This document shows positions 10,147 through 18,790 of a DNA stretch of 64,000 nt, in pieces. Location of the stretch: the NCBI GenBank assembly GCA_963758635.1, contig CAVWWD010000008.1, forward strand, positions 1,184,001-1,248,000, written 5' to 3'. Position 1 is the first letter of the stretch. Each line of letters starts with the position of its first letter. The DNA is from an uncultured Candidatus Rokubacteria bacterium (GTDB lineage: Bacteria; Methylomirabilota; Methylomirabilia; Rokubacteriales; CSP1-6). A program made the translations under genes and the position numbers. The notes under the pieces are model-generated. The model worked only from the letters and a program-made list of their open reading frames with translations, was not told the DNA's origin and did not search any database.

Positions 10147-10548
10147 TCAGTGCCGACCGACGGGGCACAAACGCAGCGGCGAATGCCGGGCGATGGCAGT
10201 GAAGTCGCGGTCGCCAGTGAGCAGCTCGGCACCGGCGACGATGCACGTCTCCGCGATGACGCAGTCCACAGCCCCGCGGACCGTCACCCCGCGGCGTCGA
10301 AGCCGCCGGAACAGACCAGCGGCCGCGACGTGGCCATCAACGTCGAGCTCGAGCACCGGCAGGCGCATGAGCACAGCACGGGCCCGGTCGAAGTCGGAAT
10401 CGGCGCGGAAGCCTTGGAGCACCTCGGTCAGGATCATCGGCGTCAGCCCTGCCTCCTCGTCCGCGAGGGCCTGGTCCAGGCGGCGGACCTCTACGGTTTC
10501 GCGGCCGTTGAACCAGTCCGCCCAGACGGTCGTATCGACGACGATCAT
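10147..10548 (-). CDS. vapC: PIN-domain toxin VapC
   Basis: MIVVDTTVW, TEVLQG, VDCVIAETC, LLTGDRDF PIN acidic residues. Confidence 0.92.
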   Translation of the reverse strand: MIVVDTTVWADWFNGRETVEVRRLDQALADEEAGLTPMILTEVLQGFRADSDFDRARAVLMRLPVLELDVDGHVAAAGLFRRLRRRGVTVRGAVDCVIAETCIVAGAELLTGDRDFTAIARHSPLRLCPVGRH

Positions 10549-10749
10549 GCCCGTCCTCGGCGCCCGCCGCGGACGTCACCTTCCCAGGGCAGCCGGCCCT
10601 TCGAGACGTCGCAACGCACGATACGCGCGCCGACGCGACACGAGCTCCCGCAGCGCGAAGTCCACCGCCTCGCGCTTCGTCCGGGTCCCGCTCACGCGCA
10701 TCGCCTCCTTGAGGAGAAGATCGTCGAGAACGATGTTCGTGCGGCCCAT
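10545..10749 (-). CDS. vapB: VapB antitoxin (frameshift near 3' end)
   Basis: MGRTNIVLDDLLLKEAMRVSGTRTKREAVDFALRELV; AGGAGG RBS; directly upstream of vapC. Confidence 0.88.
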
Positions 10750-10794
10750 CCTGTCGCCTCCTGGATACACCTGATCCGATCTTGGATGTGTATG

Positions 10795-10959
10795 CTAGCA
10801 CGCCGAGCAGGCTCCGCGGCCGGCGCTCGGATCGAGAGCACGATTGGCCTGGAGGATGGCGGCCTGCGCGTCGAAGGGGAACCAGCGGAGGCCAGCCGCC
10901 CCCAGCGCTCGCTGGAGGTCGACGAGGAGGTCAGCGACCGGCTGAGCGGACGACGGCAC
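10795..10959 (-). pseudogene. N-terminal scrap of a nucleotidyltransferase paralog
   Basis: MPSSAQPVADLLVDLQRALGAAGLRWFPFDAQAAIL resembles the N-terminus of the NTase at 13115 (DFVAALRALGDGLEGLGLPWMIIGGVAVI), then breaks off. Confidence 0.45.
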
Positions 10960-11149
10960 TCGCCGCCCGGTCGAGAGCGCACTTGTGTCAACTGTCGACT
11001 CCTGGATACACCGCGGCCGCGGGTGAACTTCCCGCTGTCCAGGGGCCGATCATCGATGATGGCTCGGACCCTGGGGCCGCAGCCGCGAATAACCGCTCTC
11101 GGGGGACGTCGACACTTGACATGCCTTTCGCCGCCGCCAGATTGTCGCC

Positions 11150-11506
11150 ATGGATCAGGAGCTGAGCGAGCGCTTCGAGCGGTTCGAGCTGGCGATCGGC
11201 CAGACCATCCAGCGCGAGATCCGGGCGTCGGAGGCGCGCCTGCGCCAGCACACCGACGAGGTCGCGGCGGGACTGCGTCAGGACATCGACCGGGTCGCGC
11301 AGGAGACGCGGCGCACTGGGGTCATCGTGGAGGGGTTGCGCTCCGACTTCCGCGTCGCCACCGAGGGCTTCACGGCGGTCAACCGGCGGCTCGATGTCGT
11401 GGAAGCGCAGGCGTCGCGGACGGAGCAGCGGGTCGACGTGCTCGAGAGCCGCGTTGGGGCTGTCGAGGCCCCGAGGAGCCGCCGCCGGCGGCCGCGGTCG
11501 AGCTAG
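11150..11506 (+). CDS. Hypothetical coiled-coil protein
   Basis: 118-aa helical heptad pattern; TTGACA at 11116 upstream. Confidence 0.7.
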   Translation: MDQELSERFERFELAIGQTIQREIRASEARLRQHTDEVAAGLRQDIDRVAQETRRTGVIVEGLRSDFRVATEGFTAVNRRLDVVEAQASRTEQRVDVLESRVGAVEAPRSRRRRPRSS

Positions 11507-12585
11507 TTTCTGCCCCCGGCCGCGCGGGCCAGCTCGGCCTCGATGATCCGCTGGAAGGTGGCGAGGGGCTGCGAGCCCACGAGCCGGCGCCCGTTCACGA
11601 AGAACGTGGGCGTGCCGTCCACGCCCAGGCTCGCGCCCTCCTGTATGTCGGCGGCCACCGCCGGCTCGTGGCGGCGGCTGTCGAGACACTGGGCGAAGGC
11701 CCCGGCCTCCAGGCCAAGCTCCACCGCGTACTGCTCCAGGTCGGCCCGGGCCTGGCGCGGCGAGCGCTCGAACAGCACGTCGTGGTACTCCCAGAACTTC
11801 CCCTGCGCGCCCGCGCAGCGTGCCGCCTCGTGCGCGCGCGACGCGTCGGGGTGGAGCGTCTCGATCGGGAAGTCGCGGAAGATCCATTTCACCTTGCCGG
11901 GGTAGCGGTCCAGCACCTGCTTCACCGTGGCCGCCGCCGCCTTGCAGAACGGGCACTGGAAGTCCGAGAACTCCACGATGGTGACCGGCGCGCCGGCGGC
12001 TCCGCGCGCGAATCCCTTGTCGGCGCTCACGGGCTGTCGCAGGGCGGGGGACACGGGCAGGAGCACCGCCACCTGGCTCTGCGCGCCCAGCGTCTGGACG
12101 AAGGCGCGCCGCTGCTCGGCCACCTTCTGGCCGCGGAGATAGTCGCCCACGCGCGCCTTCAGCTCCGCCTCGTCGCCCCTCGGCAGCCGCGCGCGGTTCT
12201 GGGTCATGAACTGCGTCACGTCGGCGTCGCTCACCGCGGGCGCCTTCGCGTGGACCTCGGCCTTCAGGAGCTCATCGACGGACGTGCCGCGTCGCTTCGC
12301 CTCCTGCGCGAGCAGGCGCTCGCCGATCAGCTCCTGGAGCTTCTCCTCGAGGAGCGCCTGGCGCTGCTCCTCGAGGCGCGTGAGCTGCGGGCGGAGGTGG
12401 TTCTCCAGCTCTTCCAGCGTGATCACGTCGTCGCCGACGCGCGCGGCTGGCGCGGACGGCTTGGGCGGCGTTCCCTGGGCGCGCGCGGGTGCCGCGTCGG
12501 CCACGAGCATCAGCACCATCGCTGCGCCCGCCAGGCCCACTCGTATCGCGTTCGCGCGGGATCGTGCTCGACGGAAGCGTTTCAC
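11503..12585 (-). CDS. DsbA-family thioredoxin with N-terminal SurA-N-like domain
   Basis: Signal peptide; VTIVEFSDFQCPFC; FRDFPI; GVDGTPTFFVNG. Confidence 0.9.
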   Translation of the reverse strand: MKRFRRARSRANAIRVGLAGAAMVLMLVADAAPARAQGTPPKPSAPAARVGDDVITLEELENHLRPQLTRLEEQRQALLEEKLQELIGERLLAQEAKRRGTSVDELLKAEVHAKAPAVSDADVTQFMTQNRARLPRGDEAELKARVGDYLRGQKVAEQRRAFVQTLGAQSQVAVLLPVSPALRQPVSADKGFARGAAGAPVTIVEFSDFQCPFCKAAAATVKQVLDRYPGKVKWIFRDFPIETLHPDASRAHEAARCAGAQGKFWEYHDVLFERSPRQARADLEQYAVELGLEAGAFAQCLDSRRHEPAVAADIQEGASLGVDGTPTFFVNGRRLVGSQPLATFQRIIEAELARAAGGRN

Positions 12586-12644
12586 GCCGTGAGCATATCA
12601 CCCGGATTCCGGCGCCCGGCGCGATGCTGCGACCTGCGCGATGC

Positions 12645-12820
12645 TGCGTGAGCGTGCTCGCGCCGTCGGGGAAGTAGCCGGGGAAGCCGAGGTCGGACAC
12701 GATCACGTCCACGTTCGGCACGAGGAGCTGCTGGAGCGCGGTGACGCCTTCCACGCTCGTGCTCACGCTGACGAACCACAGCTCGGCCTCCGGGGCTGTG
12801 CCGCGAAGGATCGCGCAGAT
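12645..12820 (-). pseudogene. Internal fragment resembling an S8 subtilase
   Basis: TAPEAELWF...ALQQLLVPNVDVIVSDLGFPGYFPDG resembles the AP-A-L-F...VDVIVDDxG..F.DG segment of subtilases; no start or catalytic triad seen. Confidence 0.35.
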
Positions 12821-12884
12821 TCGCCCGGCAACGCGCCCCGCCGCGCCCTGACGCGGCGTCCCTCCCGGCGGCTATACTCGTCCC

Positions 12885-13118
12885 GTGGATCGCGAGAGGG
12901 TCAGGCGCTGGATCGCCGGCTTCGAGGCCGTCGAGGCGGCGGACCGCGAGGAGCGGCGACGGCACGGGCCGGACCCGGCGTGGTCCATCCGCATCGCGCT
13001 GTCCATGATCGAGGCGGCGCGGAGCGCCCCCGGCGGCGCTCCTGTGGATCCGACCCGCGCCGCTGACGACGCCAGGGTGCGCGCCACGTGGGCGCGGCTG
13101 CGCACCCGCCTCGGGTGA
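12885..13118 (+). CDS. Small helical protein, putative antitoxin/partner of downstream NTase
   Basis: 77 aa; TATACT 6 nt before GTG; GTGA overlap with NTase. Confidence 0.65.
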   Translation: MDRERVRRWIAGFEAVEAADREERRRHGPDPAWSIRIALSMIEAARSAPGGAPVDPTRAADDARVRATWARLRTRLG

Positions 13119-13732
13119 GCGAGCACCCGCCGTCCGACTTCGTTGCCGCGCTCCGGGCGCTCGGGGACGGGCTCGAAGGCCTGGGGCTCCCGTGGATGAT
13201 CATCGGCGGTGTCGCCGTGATCGCCAGCGGCGTCGCCCGGTACACGGCTGACATCGACGCCACGCTCTCCGCCCCCGAGGAATCCCTCGAGCGCGTCCAG
13301 GCCGCCTTGCGCGAGCGAGGCATCGAAGCCCGCATCGAGTCCGCCGCCGCATTCGCCCGCGATCATCACGTCCTGCTCCTGCGGCACGAGTCCTCGGGGG
13401 TGCCCATTGACGTGAGTCTCGCCTTGCTTCCGTTCGAGACCGAGGCCCTCCGAGCCAGCCGCGCCATCGAGTACGCGGGCGTCACGGTGCCGGTGGCCGC
13501 GGTGGACGATCTGATCGTCTACAAGCTCGTGGCGTCACGCCCAAAGGACATCGACGACGCCGCGCGCCTGCTCGCGCTGCACGGGCCGAGCCTGGACGTC
13601 GCGCGGATCAGGCGAACCGTTGCGGAGTTCGCGGAGGCGCTAGAAGATCGCGAGCGCCCGGCCGTGCTGGAGCGCCTCCTCCGCGAGGCCGGGCTCGCGC
13701 CGGGAGACGGCGCTACAGGGCCAGCTCGTTGA
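13115..13732 (+). CDS. Pol-beta-fold nucleotidyltransferase (DUF6036/AbiEii-like)
   Basis: IIGGVAV...RYTADID and DLIVYKLVASRPKDIDD motifs. Confidence 0.82.
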   Translation: MSEHPPSDFVAALRALGDGLEGLGLPWMIIGGVAVIASGVARYTADIDATLSAPEESLERVQAALRERGIEARIESAAAFARDHHVLLLRHESSGVPIDVSLALLPFETEALRASRAIEYAGVTVPVAAVDDLIVYKLVASRPKDIDDAARLLALHGPSLDVARIRRTVAEFAEALEDRERPAVLERLLREAGLAPGDGATGPAR

Positions 13733-14930
13733 TCGAGAAGATGGCCATGAGCATGGCCACCACGATGAAGCCGACCAGGAGGCCCATCGTCAGGATGATG
13801 CACGGCTCGAGCAGGCCCACGAGGCGCTTCACCGCCTTGCGCACGTCGGTTTCAAAGGCGGCGGCTACACGCAGCAGCATCTCGTCGAGCTTCCCCGTCT
13901 CCTCGCCGATCCGTACCAGGTGACGGGCCAGCAGCGGAAAGACGCCGGTCTCGCCCATGGGCGTGGAGAGGCCGGCGCCGCGGCGCACGCCCTCGCCGAG
14001 CCGGTCCACCGCGTTGGCTAGCACCTGGTTGCCGAGCATCTGCCGCACCACCGCGAGCGCGGCCACCACCGGCACGCCGCTCTGGAGGAGCGTGCCCAGC
14101 ACGCGCGCGAAGCGCGCCACCTCGCCCTTGAGGACCACGGGGCCAATCAGGGGCGTGGCCAGCGCCGCCTGATCCATCGCGAGCCGGCCCGCCGGGTTGG
14201 CCAGGGTGAGACGGACGGCGAGGATGGCCGCCAGGATGGCCAGCGCGCCCACCCACCAGTAGGTCTGGATGCCCGAGCTGACCGCCAGGAGGATCTGCGT
14301 GGACAGCGGCAGGGACTGACCCAGGTCGCGGAAGATCTCGCCGAAGCGGGGGATCACGAACGTGAGGAGGAAGATGACGGCGCCCGCGCCCACCAGCGTC
14401 AGCAGCGCCGGGTAGATCGACGCCGACACCACCGCCTCGCGGAACTCCTGCGATTCGCGCAGGAACTCGGCCAGCCGCTTGAGCGTGGCCTCCAGGAAGC
14501 CGCCCTTCTCGCCGGCTCGCACCATGTGGATGTACAGGCGCGAGAACGGGCGTGGGTGGTGCTTGGCGAGCGCGTCGGAAAACGCGGCGCCGCCGCGGAC
14601 GCTGCGCAGGAGGTCGCCGGTGATCTCGCGCAGCCGCGCATGCTGGGTCAGCTCCTCCAGGATGCCGAGGGAGCGGTCGATGGGCACGCCGGCCTCGAGC
14701 AGGGTGGCGAGCTGCTGCGTGAACTCCACCAGGTCGCGGTGGCTGACCCGGCGCACGCCCAGGGAGGACAGCGCGAAGCTCGCGCGCCCCTCGTCCTGCG
14801 GCGCCACCTTGATGGGGAAGTACGCGTCGCGCTGGAGGCGCTCCACCACGGAGCGGGCGTCGGGGGCGTCCATGACGCCCTCGATGGCCTTGCCCTGGCG
14901 GTCGGCGGCGCGATAGAGGAAGACGGGCAT
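13713..14930 (-). CDS. gspF: T2SS inner membrane platform GspF
   Basis: FTQQLATLLEAGVPI, FSRLYIHMVRAGEKGG, SIYPALL, IGEETGKLDEML, LLEPCIIL. Confidence 0.95.
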   Translation of the reverse strand: MPVFLYRAADRQGKAIEGVMDAPDARSVVERLQRDAYFPIKVAPQDEGRASFALSSLGVRRVSHRDLVEFTQQLATLLEAGVPIDRSLGILEELTQHARLREITGDLLRSVRGGAAFSDALAKHHPRPFSRLYIHMVRAGEKGGFLEATLKRLAEFLRESQEFREAVVSASIYPALLTLVGAGAVIFLLTFVIPRFGEIFRDLGQSLPLSTQILLAVSSGIQTYWWVGALAILAAILAVRLTLANPAGRLAMDQAALATPLIGPVVLKGEVARFARVLGTLLQSGVPVVAALAVVRQMLGNQVLANAVDRLGEGVRRGAGLSTPMGETGVFPLLARHLVRIGEETGKLDEMLLRVAAAFETDVRKAVKRLVGLLEPCIILTMGLLVGFIVVAMLMAIFSINELAL

Positions 14931-16624
14931 CAGCCGTCTTCCTGCGTGACCCGCAGGAGCTCCTCCACCGTGGTCACGCCGGCGGCGGCCTTGGCCCAGC
15001 CGTCCTCGCGAAGCGTGGTGAGCTCCCGGTGCTCGATGGCGTGGCGGCGGATCTCGCCCGCGGAGGCGCGCCGCAGGATGTGCCCACGGATCTCCTCGGT
15101 GATCAGCAAGAGCTCGTAGATCGCCGTGCGCCCGCGGTAGCCGGTGCCGCGGCAGCCTTCGCAGCCCGCGCCGCGGTAGAGGCGCGCGCCCCCGGTATCG
15201 CGAATGCCCAGCGCCAGGAGGTCCGCGGTGGGCGGCTCGTGCGGCACGCGGCAGCGCTGGCAGATGCGGCGCACCAGCCGCTGGGCCACCACGCCCTCCA
15301 GCACGGAGGACAGGAGATACGGCTCGGCGCCCATGTCCTCGAGCCGCGACACGGCGCCGGGCGCGTCGTTCGTGTGCAGCGTGGAGAACACCAGGTGCCC
15401 GGTGAGCGCAGCCTGGATGGCGATCTCCGCCGTCTCGAGGTCGCGGATCTCGCCCACCATGATCACGTCCGGGTCCTGCCGCACGATCGATCGGAGGCCG
15501 CTCGCGAACGTGAGCCCGATGGTGGGCCGCACCGGGATCTGGTTCACGCCCCTGAGCTGGTACTCCACCGGGTCCTCGACGGTGATGATCTTCTTGTCCG
15601 GCCCGTTGATCTTGTCGAGCGAGGCGTAGAGCGTGGTGGTCTTGCCCGAGCCCGTCGGGCCGGTCACCAGCACGATGCCATGGGGCATGTGGATGAGGCG
15701 CGTGAAGCGCTTCTCCAGCTCCGCGGTGAGCCCGAGGTTCTCTAGCGGCAGGAACACGGTGGACCGGTCCAGGAGCCGCATCACGATCGACTCGCCGTGC
15801 ACGGTGGGCACGGTGGACACGCGGATGTCCACGCGGCGGCCGTGCAGCGTCACGCGAATGCGTCCGTCCTGGGGCAGGCGGCGCTCCGCGATGTTCATGT
15901 CCGCCATGAGCTTCACGCGCGAGGTGAGCGCGGCCTGCAGGCGCCGGGGCGGCGACTCCTGGTCGTACAGGATGCCGTCGATGCGGTAGCGCACGCGGAG
16001 CGCGTCCTCGAACGGTTCGATGTGGATGTCCGAGGCCTCCGCGGTCATCGCGTCCTCGATGAGGAGGTTGGCCAGGCGCACCACCGGCGCCTCGAACGCC
16101 ATGTCGCGGAGGTGCGTGATGTCCTCCTCGCCGTCGCCCTCGCCGTCGGTGCCGCCGATACCCTCCACGATCTTCTGGAGCGCCGTGGTCGAGCCCGCGC
16201 CGTACGTGCGCTCGATGGCCTCCAGGATGGCCTCGGGCGGCGCCACGCAGAGACGCACGCTCGCGCCCAGGCTCTGGCGGAGGTCGTCGAGCAGCACGGG
16301 GTTGGTGGGATCGGCGGCGGCCAGCGTGACGGCGCCGCCCTCGACGGACACGGGGCACGCCACGTACTCCTGGAGGTACTTCGGCGAGAGGTTCTTCATC
16401 ACGGGCAGCGCGGACGGGAACTCCTCGCGGGAGAGGAACGGCAGGCCCACCTGAGTGGCCAGCGCGCGGAGCACGTCGTCCCGGCTCACCGCGCGCATGG
16501 CGATGAGCGCCTCGCCGATCCGCTCGTGGCTCCGCTGCGCGCGCATCAGCGCGGCGTCGAGCGTCTCCTGGGTCATGACGCCGACCTCGAGGAGGATCTG
16601 TCCGAGGAGCTTCCTGGAGGGCAT
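14930..16624 (-). CDS. gspE: T2SS ATPase GspE
   Basis: [19 protein letters not shown], Walker [25 protein letters not shown], CxxC...CxxC; start uncertain (16624 or 16657). Confidence 0.96.
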   Translation of the reverse strand: MPSRKLLGQILLEVGVMTQETLDAALMRAQRSHERIGEALIAMRAVSRDDVLRALATQVGLPFLSREEFPSALPVMKNLSPKYLQEYVACPVSVEGGAVTLAAADPTNPVLLDDLRQSLGASVRLCVAPPEAILEAIERTYGAGSTTALQKIVEGIGGTDGEGDGEEDITHLRDMAFEAPVVRLANLLIEDAMTAEASDIHIEPFEDALRVRYRIDGILYDQESPPRRLQAALTSRVKLMADMNIAERRLPQDGRIRVTLHGRRVDIRVSTVPTVHGESIVMRLLDRSTVFLPLENLGLTAELEKRFTRLIHMPHGIVLVTGPTGSGKTTTLYASLDKINGPDKKIITVEDPVEYQLRGVNQIPVRPTIGLTFASGLRSIVRQDPDVIMVGEIRDLETAEIAIQAALTGHLVFSTLHTNDAPGAVSRLEDMGAEPYLLSSVLEGVVAQRLVRRICQRCRVPHEPPTADLLALGIRDTGGARLYRGAGCEGCRGTGYRGRTAIYELLLITEEIRGHILRRASAGEIRRHAIEHRELTTLREDGWAKAAAGVTTVEELLRVTQEDG

Positions 16625-16775
16625 CTGCAGCGAGTCTAGCACCGGGCTCCAGGGCACCCCTGGAGATTGGGAAACGGCGCCCCGTTGGGCGTCGGGAATC
16701 CTGTCAGCCGCGGGCGGTGCAAGTCGTGCAGGGTGTTTGCCCGTAGCAAAGGCACCGGTATATCCTCACCTTCCA

Positions 16776-17237
16776 ATGACACCCTCGTCCTCGCGCCACC
16801 GCATCCTCGTCCTCCACGGGCCCAACCTGAACCTTCTGGGCACGCGCGAGCCCGGCGTCTACGGCCACGTGACGCTGGCCGAGGTCGATCGCGGCATCGA
16901 GCGCCACGCCGCCGAGCGGGGCGCCGAGGTGACGTGCCGCCAGTCGAACCACGAGGGGCAGCTCGTGGACTGGACGCAGGCGGCGGCGGGCGAGGGGTTC
17001 GCGGCGATCGTCATGAACCCGGGCGCGTTGACCCACTACTCCATCGCCCTGCGCGACGCGGTGGCCGCGGTGACGGTGCCCGTGGTCGAGGTGCACCTGT
17101 CAAACGTCCACGCCCGCGAGGAGTTCCGGCGGCGGTCGGTCATCGCGGCCGTGGCCGTGGGGCAGATCGCCGGGTTCGGCCCTGCCAGCTACCTCCTCGG
17201 CCTCGACGCCGTCCTTTCTCTCCTTCCCCGCGAATGA
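16776..17237 (+). CDS. aroQ: Type II 3-dehydroquinate dehydratase
   Basis: [47 protein letters not shown]. Confidence 0.97.
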   Translation: MTPSSSRHRILVLHGPNLNLLGTREPGVYGHVTLAEVDRGIERHAAERGAEVTCRQSNHEGQLVDWTQAAAGEGFAAIVMNPGALTHYSIALRDAVAAVTVPVVEVHLSNVHAREEFRRRSVIAAVAVGQIAGFGPASYLLGLDAVLSLLPRE

Positions 17238-17298
17238 CATCCATCCCCCCGGCGTCTCATCGGTGGCGCGGTAGAGGCCGCCCGCACGGCAGCAGCCG

Positions 17299-18393
17299 TT
17301 GACCGACGCCCCGGCCGGGGCTCCCGAGGTCGATGACCGCGAGCTGATCCGCCGCTGCCAGGCCGGGGACATCGCGGCCTTCGAGCCGCTCGTCGAGAAG
17401 TACCGGCAGCGGGTGTGGCGCCTGGCCTACCAGGTCCTGCGGGACAGGGAAGAGGCGTGGGATTGCGCGCAGGAGGCGTTCGTCCGGGCCTACTCCTCGC
17501 TGTCGTCCTTCCGCGGACAGTCGGCCTTCTACACGTGGCTCTTCCGCATCACCGTCAACGTGGCGACGGACCGGCACCGCTCCCGCGGCGCTCGCACGCG
17601 GGCGCTGGGCGGCGATCCGATCCCCGAGGAGGAATGGGAGCGGACCGCGATCGACACCGAGCGCGGGCCGGACGAGGCGGCCGTGCAGGCGGAGCAGCGC
17701 GAGCGTATCCGCGCCGCCCTCGATAGCTTGCCGGTCAAGGCGCGAACCATTATCATGCTCAGCAACGTCGAGGGTCTGACGTACAAAGAAATCGCAGAGG
17801 TGCTGAACTGCCCGATCGGAACCGTGATGTCCAGGCTGCATAACGCGCGCAAGCGCCTGCGTTCGCTGCTGGGGCCGATGCTCGCGGTGGTCCTGATCGT
17901 GATGGCGGCGCTGCTGGCCTTCGGGATCGGGCAGGGACAGGCGGGAGAGCCGATCGTCCGGTTTGGCGTGAGGGTGCTGCAGGCCTCGAACACGCCCGGG
18001 CCCGCTCTGGCTACGGCCCCGCGCGCGCTGGCCCCGGCCGGCCAGACGCCGGATCCCGAGGTCGATCCGCGGATGCAGCGGCTCCTCCCTCATCTCCGGA
18101 GCCTTTTCCGCTATTCCGACTACACCACGCTCGACCGGCACCGCGCCGAGGTCACGCTGGGCACGCATCAGCGGTTCATGCTGCCCGGCACGCGCCAGCT
18201 CGAGGTGGTGCCCGAGCAGCTCCACGGCCAGTCGGTCCGGATGACCGTGCGTCTCTTCAAGGGCGAGCATCCCGAGCTGCGCACCAGCATCGTGGCCGCG
18301 CCCGGCGCGCCGGCCGTGTTCGGCGGCCCCGCCCACGGCGACGGCGTCCTGATCATCATCCTCTGGGCCAACCCCAACCCCCCGCCGCGGTGA
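17299..18393 (+). CDS. ECF sigma factor with C-terminal hydrophobic helix and extracytoplasmic domain
   Basis: sigma2 (AWDCAQEAFVRAY, FYTWLFRITVN) and sigma4 (YKEIAEVLNCPIGTVMSRLHNARKRL), followed in frame by MLAVVLIVMAALLAFGIG and a ~150-aa domain. Confidence 0.85.
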   Translation: MTDAPAGAPEVDDRELIRRCQAGDIAAFEPLVEKYRQRVWRLAYQVLRDREEAWDCAQEAFVRAYSSLSSFRGQSAFYTWLFRITVNVATDRHRSRGARTRALGGDPIPEEEWERTAIDTERGPDEAAVQAEQRERIRAALDSLPVKARTIIMLSNVEGLTYKEIAEVLNCPIGTVMSRLHNARKRLRSLLGPMLAVVLIVMAALLAFGIGQGQAGEPIVRFGVRVLQASNTPGPALATAPRALAPAGQTPDPEVDPRMQRLLPHLRSLFRYSDYTTLDRHRAEVTLGTHQRFMLPGTRQLEVVPEQLHGQSVRMTVRLFKGEHPELRTSIVAAPGAPAVFGGPAHGDGVLIIILWANPNPPPR

Positions 18394-18775
18394 CCGCGTC
18401 GAGCGCCGCGCGCCGCACGGTGCGGGCGGGCGAAGCCCGGGTGCCCGACCCGATTGGTGACGTCGAGCGCCGCGCGCCGCACGGTGCGGGCGGGCGAAGC
18501 CCGGGTGCCCGCCCGATTGGTGACGTTGAGCGCCGCGAGCCGCACGGTGCGGGCGGGCGAAGCCCGGGTGCCCGCCCGATTGGTGACGTTGAGCGCAGCG
18601 AGCCGCACGGTGCGGGCGGGCGAAGCCCGGGTGCCCGCCCGATTGGTGACGTCGAGCGCAGCGAGCCGCACGGTGCGGGCGGGCGAAGCCCGGGTGCCCG
18701 CCCGATTGGTGACGTCGAGCGCAGCGAGCCGCACGGTGCGGGCGGGCGAAGCCCGGGTGCCCGCACCATGGTGAT
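18390..18775. repeat. Tandem array of about 6 x 63-bp palindromic units
   Basis: GATTGGTGA recurs at 18452, 18515, 18578 and onward at 63-bp period; core GGTGCGGGCGGGCGAAGCCCGGGTGCCCGC. Confidence 0.95.
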
Positions 18776-18790
18776 CCGTCCGGGCGTCGC

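Noticed and set aside
12645..12790. Response-regulator receiver fragment (DVIVSDLGFPG)
   Set aside because: Upstream APEAELWF and downstream FPDG fit a subtilase segment better; no other receiver-domain residues
18390..18775. CRISPR array
   Set aside because: Units are near-identical over the whole 63 bp with no unique spacers, and there is no cas operon in the window
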